Shown here: positions 25,089 to 37,454 of the stretch, one piece after another
Layout of the letters: each line of letters starts with the position of its first letter
How positions within the stretch are numbered: the stretch's first letter is position 1
Assembly: GCA_046563655.1 (NCBI GenBank)
Contig: CM102289.1
Coordinates: forward strand, 3,720,001 to 3,784,000
From: Yuukianura sp. NJ FZ-2021
Taxonomy: Eukaryota
Length of the DNA: 64,000 nt
Reading direction: 5' to 3'
The notes under the pieces: generated by a model
Told to the model about the DNA's origin: nothing
Databases searched by the model: none
What the model saw: the letters and a program-made list of their open reading frames with translations, nothing else
Position numbers and translations under genes: made by a program

Positions 25089-26750
25089 ATGGATTCTCTA
25101 CTGCAATACTCTGCAAGTAGTGATGAAGAACAGGAAATGGATACCGAAGAAGGGCCGGTTGTGTTCACTGAAAGTATGCCTTCAAACCGCAGCACCACAG
25201 TCACTACTAATGAAATGGACGATGCCGCTACTACAGAGGATATGACTCATTCGGATGACAGCCTTGGTGATACGGATTACGCCAGTGCGACGGATGTTAG
25301 GCTGACTCTGCATTTACCGCAACCTAAGGCTATTCGAAATTCTGCAAATTCTTCTGACAACGATGACTTGTCTGTCATTCCGCCAAAGAAGATTTATGGA
25401 GACGAAGAAAAGCCTTCCGCATTTGGGCCCTTAACGTCATACAAGAAAACAGGAACTGGTAAAGTTCAAATCTCTATTCCTTCCTTGAAAGATGTAAGTG
25501 CTGCCTGTTTGACAACAATAAAAAGTTTACATTCATTGGAATATCCGAACTAAAAAGCTTCAACGATTTGTTGTTATGTTGCAGTTTGCGGATGATGGCG
25601 AAGACTCTCAGAAACGAAAAACGTTTCAAGGGTCACAGGTTAGCTATTGATTGATTACCTAAGCATGATGCTTTCTTACTTATCTTACAACACAGACTTT
25701 ATTGTTTTTCTTTTTCCACATCTTGTTACAGAAGGCGTCTGGTCTGTTTGCTCTTCTTCCGGAACCGAAAAATGAATTTAGCAGCTTCCGATTGGGGAAA
25801 TCTGAGACGAAAACTGAAAGCCACCTTAGTGCGAAGTCAGAAAGTGCTGTACAGCATGCGGTGTCAAACAAAACTCCAACTGCACATCTTATACCACAGT
25901 CTGTCAAAAACGCTTCATTGGGGAAACGTCCTGCTCCCCTGGACGAGCGCCTGGAGAAGATTAAAACAAAATACCTCAAGCAGGAATTCAACGTCCAGGT
26001 TGTGAGCAAATCGTCTGCAAAGTTGAAGCCCAAACCCAACGAGGACGATGGAGACTCCGAAGACGAGGAGCCTAGTTCGAGTGATTTCTTCTCACTGGAT
26101 GTGAATTCTAGAATGCAGTTTGAAGTTTCACAACCAGAACCTTCCTCAAGTGCACATACACACTACCAGCCAGATACCCCTGCATATAATTTTCATCCTG
26201 CCGTTGAAGACTATTCCGATTCACTAGAGCTCGAAGAACCAACACCAGAGCCACTCCCTCGCACCATCTTTCCTGATCGAGTACAACCTCAACAACCTGA
26301 TTTGGTTAGTAAATTAGTAATAACAACAAAACAGGCTTATTTCTCTGCTATCTCGTTGAATCTGTAAATTATTGTTTCATGTTTCAGATGAAATACATAC
26401 AACCGACCAAAAAAGGCAAAGGAAAAGCGGCGGAGATCAACATTATCGATGTTAACGCTGATGACCTCCGACCACAAACTACAGACTGGCTCAAAACCAT
26501 TACAGATACGGTATTTTTTTAATACTTTAAATCTCGAATTCTAAACGTTGTCCTAAATTGATCTTAAAATTTTGTTATTTAGTCAATTATACCACCGCGT
26601 AAAGCCGTACTTCCCGGAGGAATGACGAAAAGAAAACATCAAATTACATATTTAGCTGCAGAAGCCAAAGCACGAGAAGAAGAGCTGCAGAATCAATGGG
26701 CGTCGAACCGTCAGGCTCGGCGACAAACGCAGAATAAGTACGGCTTTTAA
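25089..26750 (+). CDS. PRCC: Proline-rich mitotic checkpoint control factor PRCC
   Basis: Exons 25089-25493, 25585-25638, 25732-26304, 26388-26510, 26583-26750. SLLQYSASSDEE start, SGLFALLPEPK, C-terminus KRKHQITYLAAEAKAREEELQNQW...TQNKYGF*. Confidence 0.92.
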
Positions 26751-26998
26751 TGCTTCCCTATTACACACCGTTTATTCCTGCGTTTCCGGATTTTGCACGA
26801 TCAGTAAGTTTCGCAAAGCCAATTAGTACTTCAAGGATGTACTGTTTGGTGTTACTTTTATTGTTTTCAATATTTTACTACTGTTACAATATATAAAGGA
26901 CAAAACAATAAGAAAATTAAAATAAGCTGGATGGATGGGGCTAAAGTTAATACTTGTGTTTACTTGACATTTCATTTTGCATTGATTTATTCTAAATG

Positions 26999-28412
26999 TT
27001 ATTCTAGTTTTTTGCCTTGTTCGAGGTTGTAAAGTTCAGCTTTCTTCTCACGGGTCATAGGCTGGTACTTTTCCAGAATTTCCATTCCAGGGGGATTCAG
27101 CTTTTTCTTTTTGTTGGAAAAATAGTAAAACTTTAGTTAATAATGACAATTTTAATCTTGTCAATCGTACAAGATTCGTTTCAAAAAGTTTCTACGCCTT
27201 AGTTTATGTTAAAGTATAAATTAAAGTATTGGTTAATTATTTACATTATATTAAAATAATTCTATATAAGTCATGGGCAATATATTTTTGATGCAAAGCA
27301 TACAAACAGGCTAAACCAAAACCATTTACCAATCACCATGCTATTGTCGTAACTGTCACCACCACCAGGGAAGCATTCTGATTCAAGCATCGAATTCAAT
27401 ACTTCAGAGATGACTGCTTCATGTTATTCAATCGCTTCTGTTTATTAAGCAAATTATTTCCACAGTATAAGTTATTAAAAAGTCCGGAATTGTGTTGGAA
27501 CACAATTTAAAAAAAAATTTCGAATTTTCAGATTATGCTTGTCGTATAGTTATAATTAGTCTAAATTATTAAGTCATGAAGCCTTTTAATAACTGCAGAA
27601 ACGTTAACACTACTAAGAAGTTAATGCATGAAACTCCGGAAATTAATCAACAAATTTTAAAACAACCCGAAAATTTTAAAGTGTACTATATACTTCCTTA
27701 GCGAGTGAAAAGTTTAGATGTATTGGACCGTTTACTCACATAACTTTTATATGGTTAAACAGGTTGAAAACGTAACTTCTTTGCTAATTTAAAGTTCGTC
27801 CGGTCTAATGTTGTTAGAATCAGGATTATCATATTTGCCAAGACTCACCAAAATTCGTTTCTTCTCTTTGCAGGCATACTCTGTTTCGTCTGCGTCATTG
27901 TAACAGTCGGATTTCTGTCCCTTCGGTACGCCCTTTCCATTATACTCACATAATTTTGAAAGGGCCCGGGCCTTCACTACCATTTCATCCATACCTGTCA
28001 AGCAATTAAACACTTGAATATTTTTGGTGTACTGCTGTCAGTTACAATAATTTCCAGTTAAGTGCATCAAATTACGCGTATCATACGCAGGGAAATACGG
28101 TAACAATTTTGCTTTAAGAATGCAAATTTTTCAAATATACCGTCATGTTTGGCCAAAGGACAGTAAAATACGTCCGGAGTTTTCTTGTCAAAGATGATGG
28201 ATTTTCGCATCATCGAATCACCCTCGTCGCTTCCAAGTATTTCCTGGAATCAAAACATTTTTAATAAGATCAATGTGCGATGTTCACATCAATCGATTAC
28301 CAAAATTCTTCATAAAATGTTGCAAAACTGTTAAACATGCGTAACAGAAAATTATTTTTTTTGAACTTACGTAACTGTGGAGCATCAAGGATAAAATTAG
28401 GATGACCCTCAT
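26999..28412 (-). CDS. Small secreted 4-Cys arthropod protein (about 132 aa); from memory resembles proteins annotated as seminal-fluid/accessory-gland proteins (unverified)
   Basis: Exons 28412-28371, 28243-28141, 27994-27849, 27106-26999. Signal peptide; SIIFDKKTPDVFYCP, LCEYNGK, KSDCYNDADETEYACKEK; minus-strand AATAAA near 26986-26991. Terminal exon choice uncertain. Confidence 0.75.
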
Positions 28413-29125
28413 TGTATTTTTTTTCTATCTTTTCAACGTAACTTTACCAGTAGAAAACTTGTAGAAATCGACTTTAATTTGTGAAACTGTTTAAAGAATG
28501 TTAACAACTGCTGAGAGTTTTAGGCTGAAAAATTGAAATCGTGACTTGTTGTTCCTTTATGTGGTTTAACGGAATTCAATTGTTTGTGTGGGTGTTGCTG
28601 TAAGAGGTACTTCTCGATTAGGAGATTCAAGATTAAGTGTGAGATCATACAAGGTGGAAATGCCCCCAGGACTTAAGTAAAGCCGAAAGTGGATGACTTT
28701 GAAGGGCGTCTCTGAGAACTTGGCAAGAAGGTCATTTACACCTTCTCTTTCTTCTGTTTCTGTTTTTTCTTGGCAGCACATCTGATAACTTGAATGCTTA
28801 TGCAATGCATTGCGAGGGTCAAGTACCGTAAAACTTGTAGTAATCGCCCGGGCGCGTATGCAAAGTTAAAAATTTTCATCATTTGTCTTCGTCGACCCCC
28901 TGTGCGTTTAATGGAGAGTAACGCTTGTTAGTGAGCTGCGTTTTTAAAAGTTTTACGGTATTTTCAAACTAGTGTGCATTTCATCCTCGTTCGACGTTGC
29001 ATAGTGCCAAATTTACGTAAAATTTTTATTTTTCTGTCCGAACATGACAATAAATTTTGAATTTAAGGATTTACAACTAAATACGACGTTTGTCCACTTT
29101 GCGCAGAGACGGCGTGACTGCTGGA

Positions 29126-32100
29126 TCAAAGTCCGGAAGAGTAGCCAGCAGGTCCAACGGAGACGGGATTGACGTATCCACCTCCGTAGTTTCCTCTGAA
29201 TCCTCCTCCACCAATAAGGGGTCCAGGACGACCTCCGTAGTATCCGCCAGGGAAGCTACTGTAGGCTGGACGCCATTGGCCTCCGTAGCCATGGTTTCCG
29301 AATCCATGAGGGCCGGGGAATCCCCCGCCGTAAAATTGAGCACCACCAAAAAATGGGCGGCCGTAACCAGGAAACCCGCCTGGATGACCTTTGAACCCAC
29401 CGAAGCCACCGTAGGGGGGAAATGGATGGCCACCTTTCATCCCATGTCCCATTCCAAAAGGTTGCATCAATGGCCCTCCGTAACCAAACATTGAACCGCC
29501 GTATGATGGAAACTGCATTCCTCTGTTCTGGTGCATCCAGTTTCCACCCATCCCGAAGCCGTTCATGCCATTATGTCCAAAGCTACCAAATCCACCATAG
29601 CCAAGATTGCCGTATCCAAGATTTCCGTGTCCTAAATTGCCGTATCCAAGATTTCCGTATCCTAGATTACCGTAAGAGCCAAGATTTCCGTAGCCTAGAT
29701 TGCCATGTCCTAAATTGCCGTAGCCAAGATTTCCGTATCCAAGGTTGCCGTAGCCAGGATTTCCGTATCCAAGGTTGCTGTAGCCAAGATTTCCGTAGCC
29801 TAGATTGCCGTAGCCAGGATTTCCGTATCCAAGGTTGCTGTAGCCAAGATTTCCGTAGCCTAGATTGCCGTAGCCAGGATTTCCGTATCCAAGGTTGCTG
29901 TAGCCAAGATTTCCGTAGCCTAGATTGCCGTAGCCAAGATTACCGTACCCAAGGTTGCCATAGCCCATTGGATTCATGCCAAGACCTAAACAACATTCAA
30001 TGACAACATCAATACACATTACTAAAATAGTTTCTAAGCTGCCAGAGGAATCGTCTCGAACAGCATTTACCGTAACCAGTTGAAGCGTAACCACCATGAC
30101 CCATACCAAAGCCAGGAAATCCTAAACGAAATTTCAGTTTCAGTTTTTTCGCACATCACCTAATGGAATATGAACTCCGAAACAAATTTACCTGTCATGT
30201 ATCCCATTCCCATGAATGGACTAGGAAACCCGTAAGTGGAAGCCCACGGTCCAAAAGCTCCAGCGTAATGACCGGGGAACATTGACCATGGACCGACTCC
30301 GCCACCAAAACTATAGCCCGGAAACATCGAAGTCCCAAAACCTATTCAGAATAATTTGATAACATGCGTAACATGTAACAACAATACTGTTCGAAGTAGT
30401 CTGTAAATGTTGACAAATTAAACGCAGCTCACCGTGACCTCCGAAGTAACTGGGATAGCCCATCGACATGTGATTTCCAAAGTATCCTGAAAAAGTTAGG
30501 TTTTGAGCATATTTTACACAAAAGTTCAGTTGCTTTGAAATCCAGATCATTTTTAACAAATATTTGTAGAGCCCTAGTACTTTTCTGTGGTTAAAATTCA
30601 AAAGCATCTTTGATTTGCTGGAAACTAAAAATATGTGGAACTCACCTCCCATAAAAGGCGATGGGAAGCCATACCCCGTTGACCATGGACCATACATTCC
30701 ACCTGAACATTACATCGTAAACTTAATTTTCCATTTCAACAGCAAGCGTTTGTCACAAAAAGTCTTACCGTAATACCCACCGAATCCTCCGTAGCCTCCA
30801 TAACCTAAGAGACAACAAAATCAATCTAAAACATCAAAAACTGCTTGGAGTTTGAAGGTAAAATTTTGAAATTGAATGAGTAACCTCCACCGCCCACCAA
30901 TCCTACAACGTAAACCAAAGTGTTCATCAAAAAAGTTAAACTGCAAAACGTTATTCTTTAGCTTTATAGTCTGTTTTCATACCTAAGACGCCCCCTCCCC
31001 CTCCAAGTCCAAGAAGATTTGGACCGTTTCCTAGCACCCCGTTTCCATTAAGTCCGAGAAGACCACTACCGCCAAGCAATCCACCGCCAGGGGTCATTGG
31101 AAATCCGGCACCTAAAAAATCATTAGTATTGTTATGTATTTGCATTTAAACGAAGTCAAAGTTGTTCTTTCTTAAACCCAACCGCCCCCGTTAAGTTCAA
31201 GTCAGTTCCGCCAAGCAATACTGCAGTGTCAGCAGCACAGTGGGGTCCTGACTCTTGAGTATTCAATTATCTCTAACCCATTGGACCACCAACTCCCCCT
31301 CCGAGTCCAACCAAGTTCGGTCCATTCCCGAGCACTCCACCACCATTCAAACCCAAGGGGCCTGTCCCACCGAGCAATCCCGGGCCGCCCATCGGACCTA
31401 TTCACAAACTATTTTAACAACGAAAACACTATTGTATTAGGTTTTCTGCTTCACCATGTGGAGCACCATATCCCCATGGTCCAGGAACTTTAGCATATGG
31501 GCCACCATATCCCCACGGTCCAGGAACTTTAGCATATGGGCCACCATATCCCCATGGTCCAGGAACGTTACCATGTGGACCACCATATCCCCATGGTCCA
31601 GGACGACCTCCTCCTAATCCAAGGGCATTCGGTCCATTTCCAAGGACTCCGTTTCCGTTCAAGCCCAAGGGCCCTCTGCCACCGAGCAATCCCGGACCAT
31701 AGGGGCCTCTCATTGGACCTATTCACAAATTAATACGTATTTTAACAACCAAAGAAACCAAAAACTATTGCAGGTTTTATTTTTATTTTATTTTTTGTTT
31801 TTATTTTATTTTATTTTAACCATGTGGACCGCCATATCCCCATGGTCCAGGTCCTTTGTTATATGGACCACCATACCCCCCTGGTCCAGGACGGCCTCCA
31901 CCTAATCCAAGGGCATTCGGTCCATTTCCAACAACTCCAGCTCCGTTCACACCCAATGGTCCGGTCCCCCCTAGCAAACCAGGTTGTGCAGCACCCGGAC
32001 CTTGTTTTAAATGATTTATGAAGTAACTGCTTACAAGAAAATAACCTTTTTAACGTTTTTGATGCAAAAATTTTACCAGCGACACCTCCAGGCGGTCCTC

Positions 32101-34082
32101 CAGAGCCTAGACCCAGTGCATTTGGTCCGTTCCCTACAACACCATTGCCATTTGCACCCAGTGGGCCCGTTCCGCCTAATAAACCAGCCTGTCCGTATCC
32201 AGGTCCTATGTATAACACAAAGCTGGTGAGCTACAACTATTATTTAAACTTCAGGTCACCAAACGTATCCTTACCGGCAACACTTCCGGCAGGTCCTCCA
32301 CCTCCAAGTCCCAAAGCATTTGGTCCGTTTCCGACAACACCATTATTATTTGCACCCAGTGGGCCCGTTCCGCCTAGTAAACCAGCCTGTCCTGCTCCAG
32401 GTCCTACGTATAAAAGCAGTTGTTAGCTACAGCTAGTACTTACTTGATATAAAGTGACAGAACCTATTCTTACCGGGAACACCTCCAACTGGCCCTCCAC
32501 CTCCTAGTCCTAAAGCATTTGGTCCGTTTCCTACAACACCATTAGCATTTGCACCCAGTGGGCCCGTTCCTCCGAGCAACCCAGGTTGTCCAGCACCAGC
32601 AGGTGCAGCACCATAAGGTCCTGGATTCAGAAATGTTAATGGTTTCAACCAAATATATATTATTGACTCTATTGAATGTAAAATAAAGATGACCGACTCT
32701 TACCAGGAACACCTCCGGCAGGTCCTCCGCCTCCGAGTCCTAGAGCATTCGGACCATTCCCAAGGACACCATCTCCGTTAACACCCAAGGGTCCTGTTCC
32801 TCCGAGCAAACCAGCTTGTCCAGGTCCAGCAGCAGGACCTTGTTTTAAATGATTAATGAAACAACCAACAAATTATTCGCCTCTAATACAATGTTTACCA
32901 GGGACACCTCCAGCTGGTGCTCCGCCTCCAAGGCCTAAGGCATTTGGACCGTTTCCTACAACACCATTAGCATTTGCACCCAGTGGGCCAGTTCCTCCGA
33001 GCAACCCAGGTTGTCCAGCGCCAGTATATCCAGCACCAACAGGTCCTGCATTCAAAATTGGCAACTGTTTAAATCAAGTATCTATTGGATGTAAAATGAG
33101 ATGACGGACTCTTACCAGGGACACCTCCAGCAGGTCCTCCGCCACCAAGCCCCAAAGCATTTGGGCCATTTCCTACAACACCATTAGCATTTGCACCCAG
33201 TGGGCCAGTTCCCCCGAGCAACCCAGGTTGTCCAGCACCAACAGGTCCTAGATTCAGAATTGTCAACTGTTTGAACCAAATATCTATTGGAGGTAAAATG
33301 AGATGACCGATTCTTACCAGGGACACCTCCAGCGGGTGCTCCCCCTCCAAGTCCTAAAGCATTCGGTCCATTTCCGAGAACCCCATCTCCGTTGACACCC
33401 AAAGGCCCTGTTCCTCCGAGCAAACCAGCTTGTCCAGGTCCAGCAGGACCTTGTTTTAAATGATTCATGAAACCACCAACTAGTTATTCATATTCTTTTC
33501 TATTACAAATTGTTTACCAGCGACACCTCCAGCTGGTGCTCCACCTCCTAGTCCTAACGCATTCGGACCATTTCCAAGAACTCCGTTTGCATTTGCGCCC
33601 AATGGTCCAGTTCCTCCGAGCAAACCACTGTCAGTGCCTGAAAAATATCGTAACATTAAGTTCAACAAGTTGTGGCTTAAGTTTTAAGGGTAAAGTTCGA
33701 ATTCTGATGTGGTAAATATTGGGTTGCTAAAATCTACACTTACTGGGCACTACAACTTGTTATTTGACTCCCGTAATGTTTGAAATTTTACTGCTTACAT
33801 AAGGTTCTCGTCTACTTTAGTTACTTTTAGACCAATACATATTCAAATCTCACCTGTAGTTGCAGGATAGCCCCAGCTGGACTTTGTCCTGCAACGATAG
33901 ATTAAAACAAAAACAAATGTTAATATTTTTAGACGCACTTCTATTTGAACAGTTTGATTACGTTAGCTGGTTAGGTACGTCCAGTACAGTGTCCAATAAT
34001 ATGACAATTTAGTTAATGGCATACCATTAGAAAGTTGAATCAAAGTTAAAACGAACAGTGTGAAGAGTTTCAGGGAAGCCAT
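29126..34082 (-). CDS. Secreted glycine-rich repetitive structural protein, 21 coding exons (about 1040 aa if all are included)
   Basis: Exons 34082-33979, 33888-33854; repeat exons 33637-33518, 33449-33318, 33247-33116, 33045-32899, 32838-32704, 32620-32474, 32403-32275, 32205-32077, 32000-31821, 31718-31455, 31397-31278, 31111-30983; small exons 30902-30885, 30804-30769, 30702-30646, 30486-30433, 30341-30192, 30121-30071; last exon 29985-29126. Signal peptide MASLKLFTLFVLTLIQLSNG. Confidence 0.85.
29600..29965 (-). repeat. Coding 15-bp tandem repeat (GYGNL, about 24 copies) with a 60-bp higher-order unit
   Basis: Rows starting at 29761, 29821 and 29881 are almost identical. Confidence 0.95.
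30983..33637 (-). repeat. Tandem array of 12 duplicated exon+intron units
   Basis: Each exon encodes GLLGGxGPLGxNxNGVxGNGPNALGLGGG; several flanking introns are also mutually similar. Confidence 0.92.
31775..31817 (+). repeat. Imperfect (TTTTA)n microsatellite in an intron
   Basis: Directly visible in the sequence. Confidence 0.8.
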
Positions 34083-35061
34083 CTTGGCGTGCTAATTACT
34101 CCAGGACGACTGGCGGATTTCAATTAAATTATCAGAAAGATGGCCCTGAAAGAAAATTATTGCCAATTTTATATCGCTTTCTAATTGTTACTTGTATCAG
34201 TCAATTAATTTCTTGGAGTGTGCTGTTTCACTTACCAGTATTCGCCGCTTCATGACAAAGGAAAGTTAGAACAATGGTGAGCACTCAAAAGTCGAAAGCT
34301 TTTCGAACAATTCTTTTGGCGTGATTGCAATGAACTACTTCCCTATTCTTAAATCTAAAACGCTTTGCTTTGAAAAACCGCGTTTGAAAATGGTTTAACG
34401 CCTTGTGCACAAAGCGTTATTATTTCGTTGATGCCCAATTCGCCTTCTTCGCCTTGATCGTAACAATTCCCAGCAGCCGACTATTATATGAACAAACGCA
34501 ATCTTCTGACAAAGCTTCCATGCAAATATGCAACTAAACATCGATAAAAAATGTATTCTCTCATCTTATTTTAGTTAAAATTAGCCGTTTCAATGAAAAA
34601 GCATGGATACAAGTTAGGAATTTGTCTTTATTTCATCGTATACGTTTTATGATAGAACATTTCAAGTAAACTTTAGCGACATCAACTTTGGAACCCATTG
34701 TAAACAGTTCTACGGCTACAATTATGGGTGGCTACATTGCGTGGTAAATTAATGTTGCCAGCAGTGTTACGCTAGGATTTTTATGACAACAAAAGCTAAC
34801 CTCAAAGAACTTAATTGACAATCTAGCATCCATTATAACCATTCTGACCCTACGAGATTGCTGTAGCGATTAGATCTGGTGGTTACAATTGAAAGTTGTT
34901 ATAGTTTGCTTCAACCGATAAAGCTGTTTCTTTCTCGGTCGTTCTGCTGATTAGTCAGGCATGTTCTATCGGAATTCCATAGCTGTTTTAAAAAAACAAG
35001 TTTCAAATTGAAACTTCCAAATTGAAAGTTTCACCATCTTTCAATTTAAGTCATTGCCGAT

Positions 35062-35069
35062 TGACGTCA
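35062..35069. promoter_or_regulatory. Palindromic CRE site candidate
   Basis: TGACGTCA about 40 nt upstream of Inr-like TCAGTA motifs near 35110, ahead of the gene at 35285. Confidence 0.35.
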
Positions 35070-35284
35070 AGAGGTCAACCGAGAGGGAACGGTAAAAATT
35101 TGTACAGTATCAGTATTCAGTAATCTTTGTTTTCACATTTTCTTTCCTGTGTAACTCGCTTGATGGCTTAAATTTCCTCGTAATTTTTTTTCTATTCGGT
35201 CCGGTCACAATGTGACATCTCTATTACGGGTACTTACTTTCGTTAGTAATTTGCATATTTTTTTAAATCCATACATTAGATTCA

Positions 35285-37271
35285 ATGGCGGATTCAGAAG
35301 TAGTGAAAATCGAAGATGTTGGGATTTCAACTTGTGCAATTAGCCAAACCGTAAATGCTACTGCGACGAGTACCGGAAGCGAAAGAAATGTCTACGAGCC
35401 TCATTTGTATCAGTCCGTTCTTATGGATCACGAGTATGAATGTTATACAGTTTGGGATGAACTGCTGGAGGACATGTCAGCTCAAGACTTAATGGATTCC
35501 TTCAACGCTTTTGGGGCTATTGAAAACGAAGTAGAAATTCAGGACGGGCCATATGATGAAACTGTTCAACTGAATAACGGGGTTGCAAGCGATCACCAGA
35601 CAAATCTAAACATTCCACCTTCTCCTGCAACTGCTACGTTACAGGAAATACTCCAGTCAGCTTACAATCAGAGTCAAGATATTCAAGTTTCCTACGACCA
35701 TCCTTTAAACCAAAGGCGTTTCAATGCACAAACCCAAGAACCTCGTCTCGGCGCGTTTGACGAAACACCTCACACCAGAAGCGTTACTCCCGGAATGGGA
35801 AGTTCTGTTCAGGATGCATTGAAGGTTGTACCAACGGCAGTGATACTGGCCAATACTACTAAACATGTCATGGAAGGTTCAAGTGGTGTCGACGACGAGA
35901 ATCCATACAGAAGTGATACCAATGCTGTTGCTCCAGTTTTAATTGAAAATGACAATGACCGATTGGAACGATTCACAAGTGGCTTAAAATATATCAGTAC
36001 TAAGGTAAGCTCTGTTCAGTTCAACTCCAATACTAATAATGAGAATTTAACAACTTCCTGTTTAGATTACGAAAATGCGACTCCGTACCGGGGCCGTGAC
36101 AATAGGGAGTGCTCAGTATAACGGAGAAGTATATCGTTACGAACCGTCCTTAGAAGCTTTCCAATTGCTAGTGACAGATGCAAATCTAGCAGGACTGGAC
36201 CTTGGCAACTCAGACGAGATCCAGATCAGGGATTTCAGCTACTCTTATAATGACCGAGATGATCACAGATACGCTGCTCAATATGTTGAACGAACATCGA
36301 ATTGGTGAGTAAGCACCTTTTTTTTAATTAACAGTCTAACTATGAATTACAATACAACATTAAAATTACAAATTCTCCAATTTAAATGTTTTTGATCTTT
36401 AAGGCCTGCAACCCCGAATCATCAGTGTGAATTTGTGCAGTCCAAATCGCTTGGAACAGAAATTGGTACAACGGCATGTCGACCTTCCTATGAGAAGCGG
36501 ACGTATGAACGAAACAAATCTTTCCTTGGTCATCTTCAACTGCTATTTCGTGAGGTAAACTTGACTTTTTGCTATAGTTTTACTTTTAACATTATAAATT
36601 TACTCTCACTGATATGATGACAATTGCAATACAAGTTAGTAATTTTCAGTATGAATTTAAGACTTCGTTACTTATTTTAGGCAGTTAAGAGATTGGAACT
36701 CCAGACGGGGGCATTTATCTCGCTGACGGTTTATTACCAGGACCACGTATTCACTAAAGCAAATTACGAAGGAGCTTCCATCCGATTAACAAAAAAGAAA
36801 GGTGTTCAAAGCTTTACTGCAACTTCGGCCCTTCAAGCAACAACTTCCAGTACAAACTTTTCCGTATCCGATGGCTTTAAACCAACTCCGGTGATCTCAA
36901 GCGATGCTAGAATGCTCCATCAACAATCGATTTCCGCTCAACAAGAGAGCGCTTCTAGCCGCCACTTCACATCGAGGGACCAGCTGAAACGACCAAGGCA
37001 ATACGTCGATGACTTTGACTCCATCATTTATAGTGGACGAATCCCAGTATCACAATCAAACACCAGTCCAGTCTGTGATAAATGCTACTTATCTAGACCA
37101 AGGACAAGCTTCGGGGATAGTTCGGACACGAACGGGTTCGTAGCCTGGGTACGTTGCAGTGATCCACTTTGCAATTATCTCGTGCATGCTTCATGTCTAG
37201 GATTCCGTATACAAACTAAAAACGAATTAAGGGCATTACCACCCTTCTGTTGTGAATATCACAGAGACTGA
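35285..37271 (+). CDS. Uncharacterized protein with acidic N-terminus and C-terminal PHD-like zinc finger (about 566 aa)
   Basis: Exons 35285-36004, 36066-36304, 36404-36554, 36681-37271 join in frame. CDKC...WVRCSDPLCNYLVHASC...FCCEYH. Confidence 0.75.
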
Positions 37272-37454
37272 ACAAATCTGTTACTTTATGAATAAGGTTA
37301 CTTCAATAATAATTTTTGACTACGCTAGCTACGATTGTAGTTTAATTAATTTATTTATTTAAATTGAATTGATACTTATACAAGTTGTATCCCTCACCAG
37401 TTTTATAGAATAAGTGAGAAGTTGATGGAATTCATGTTCGGACATTGATATTGT

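Noticed and set aside
29077..30003. Antisense ORF with QDFRSLDC repeats and other overlapping ORFs
   Set aside because: Reverse-complement or shifted frames of the GYGNL exon.
30983..33637. CRISPR-like repeat/spacer look, or collagen
   Set aside because: The spacers are GT-AG introns, and the Gly-X-Y runs are too short for a triple helix.
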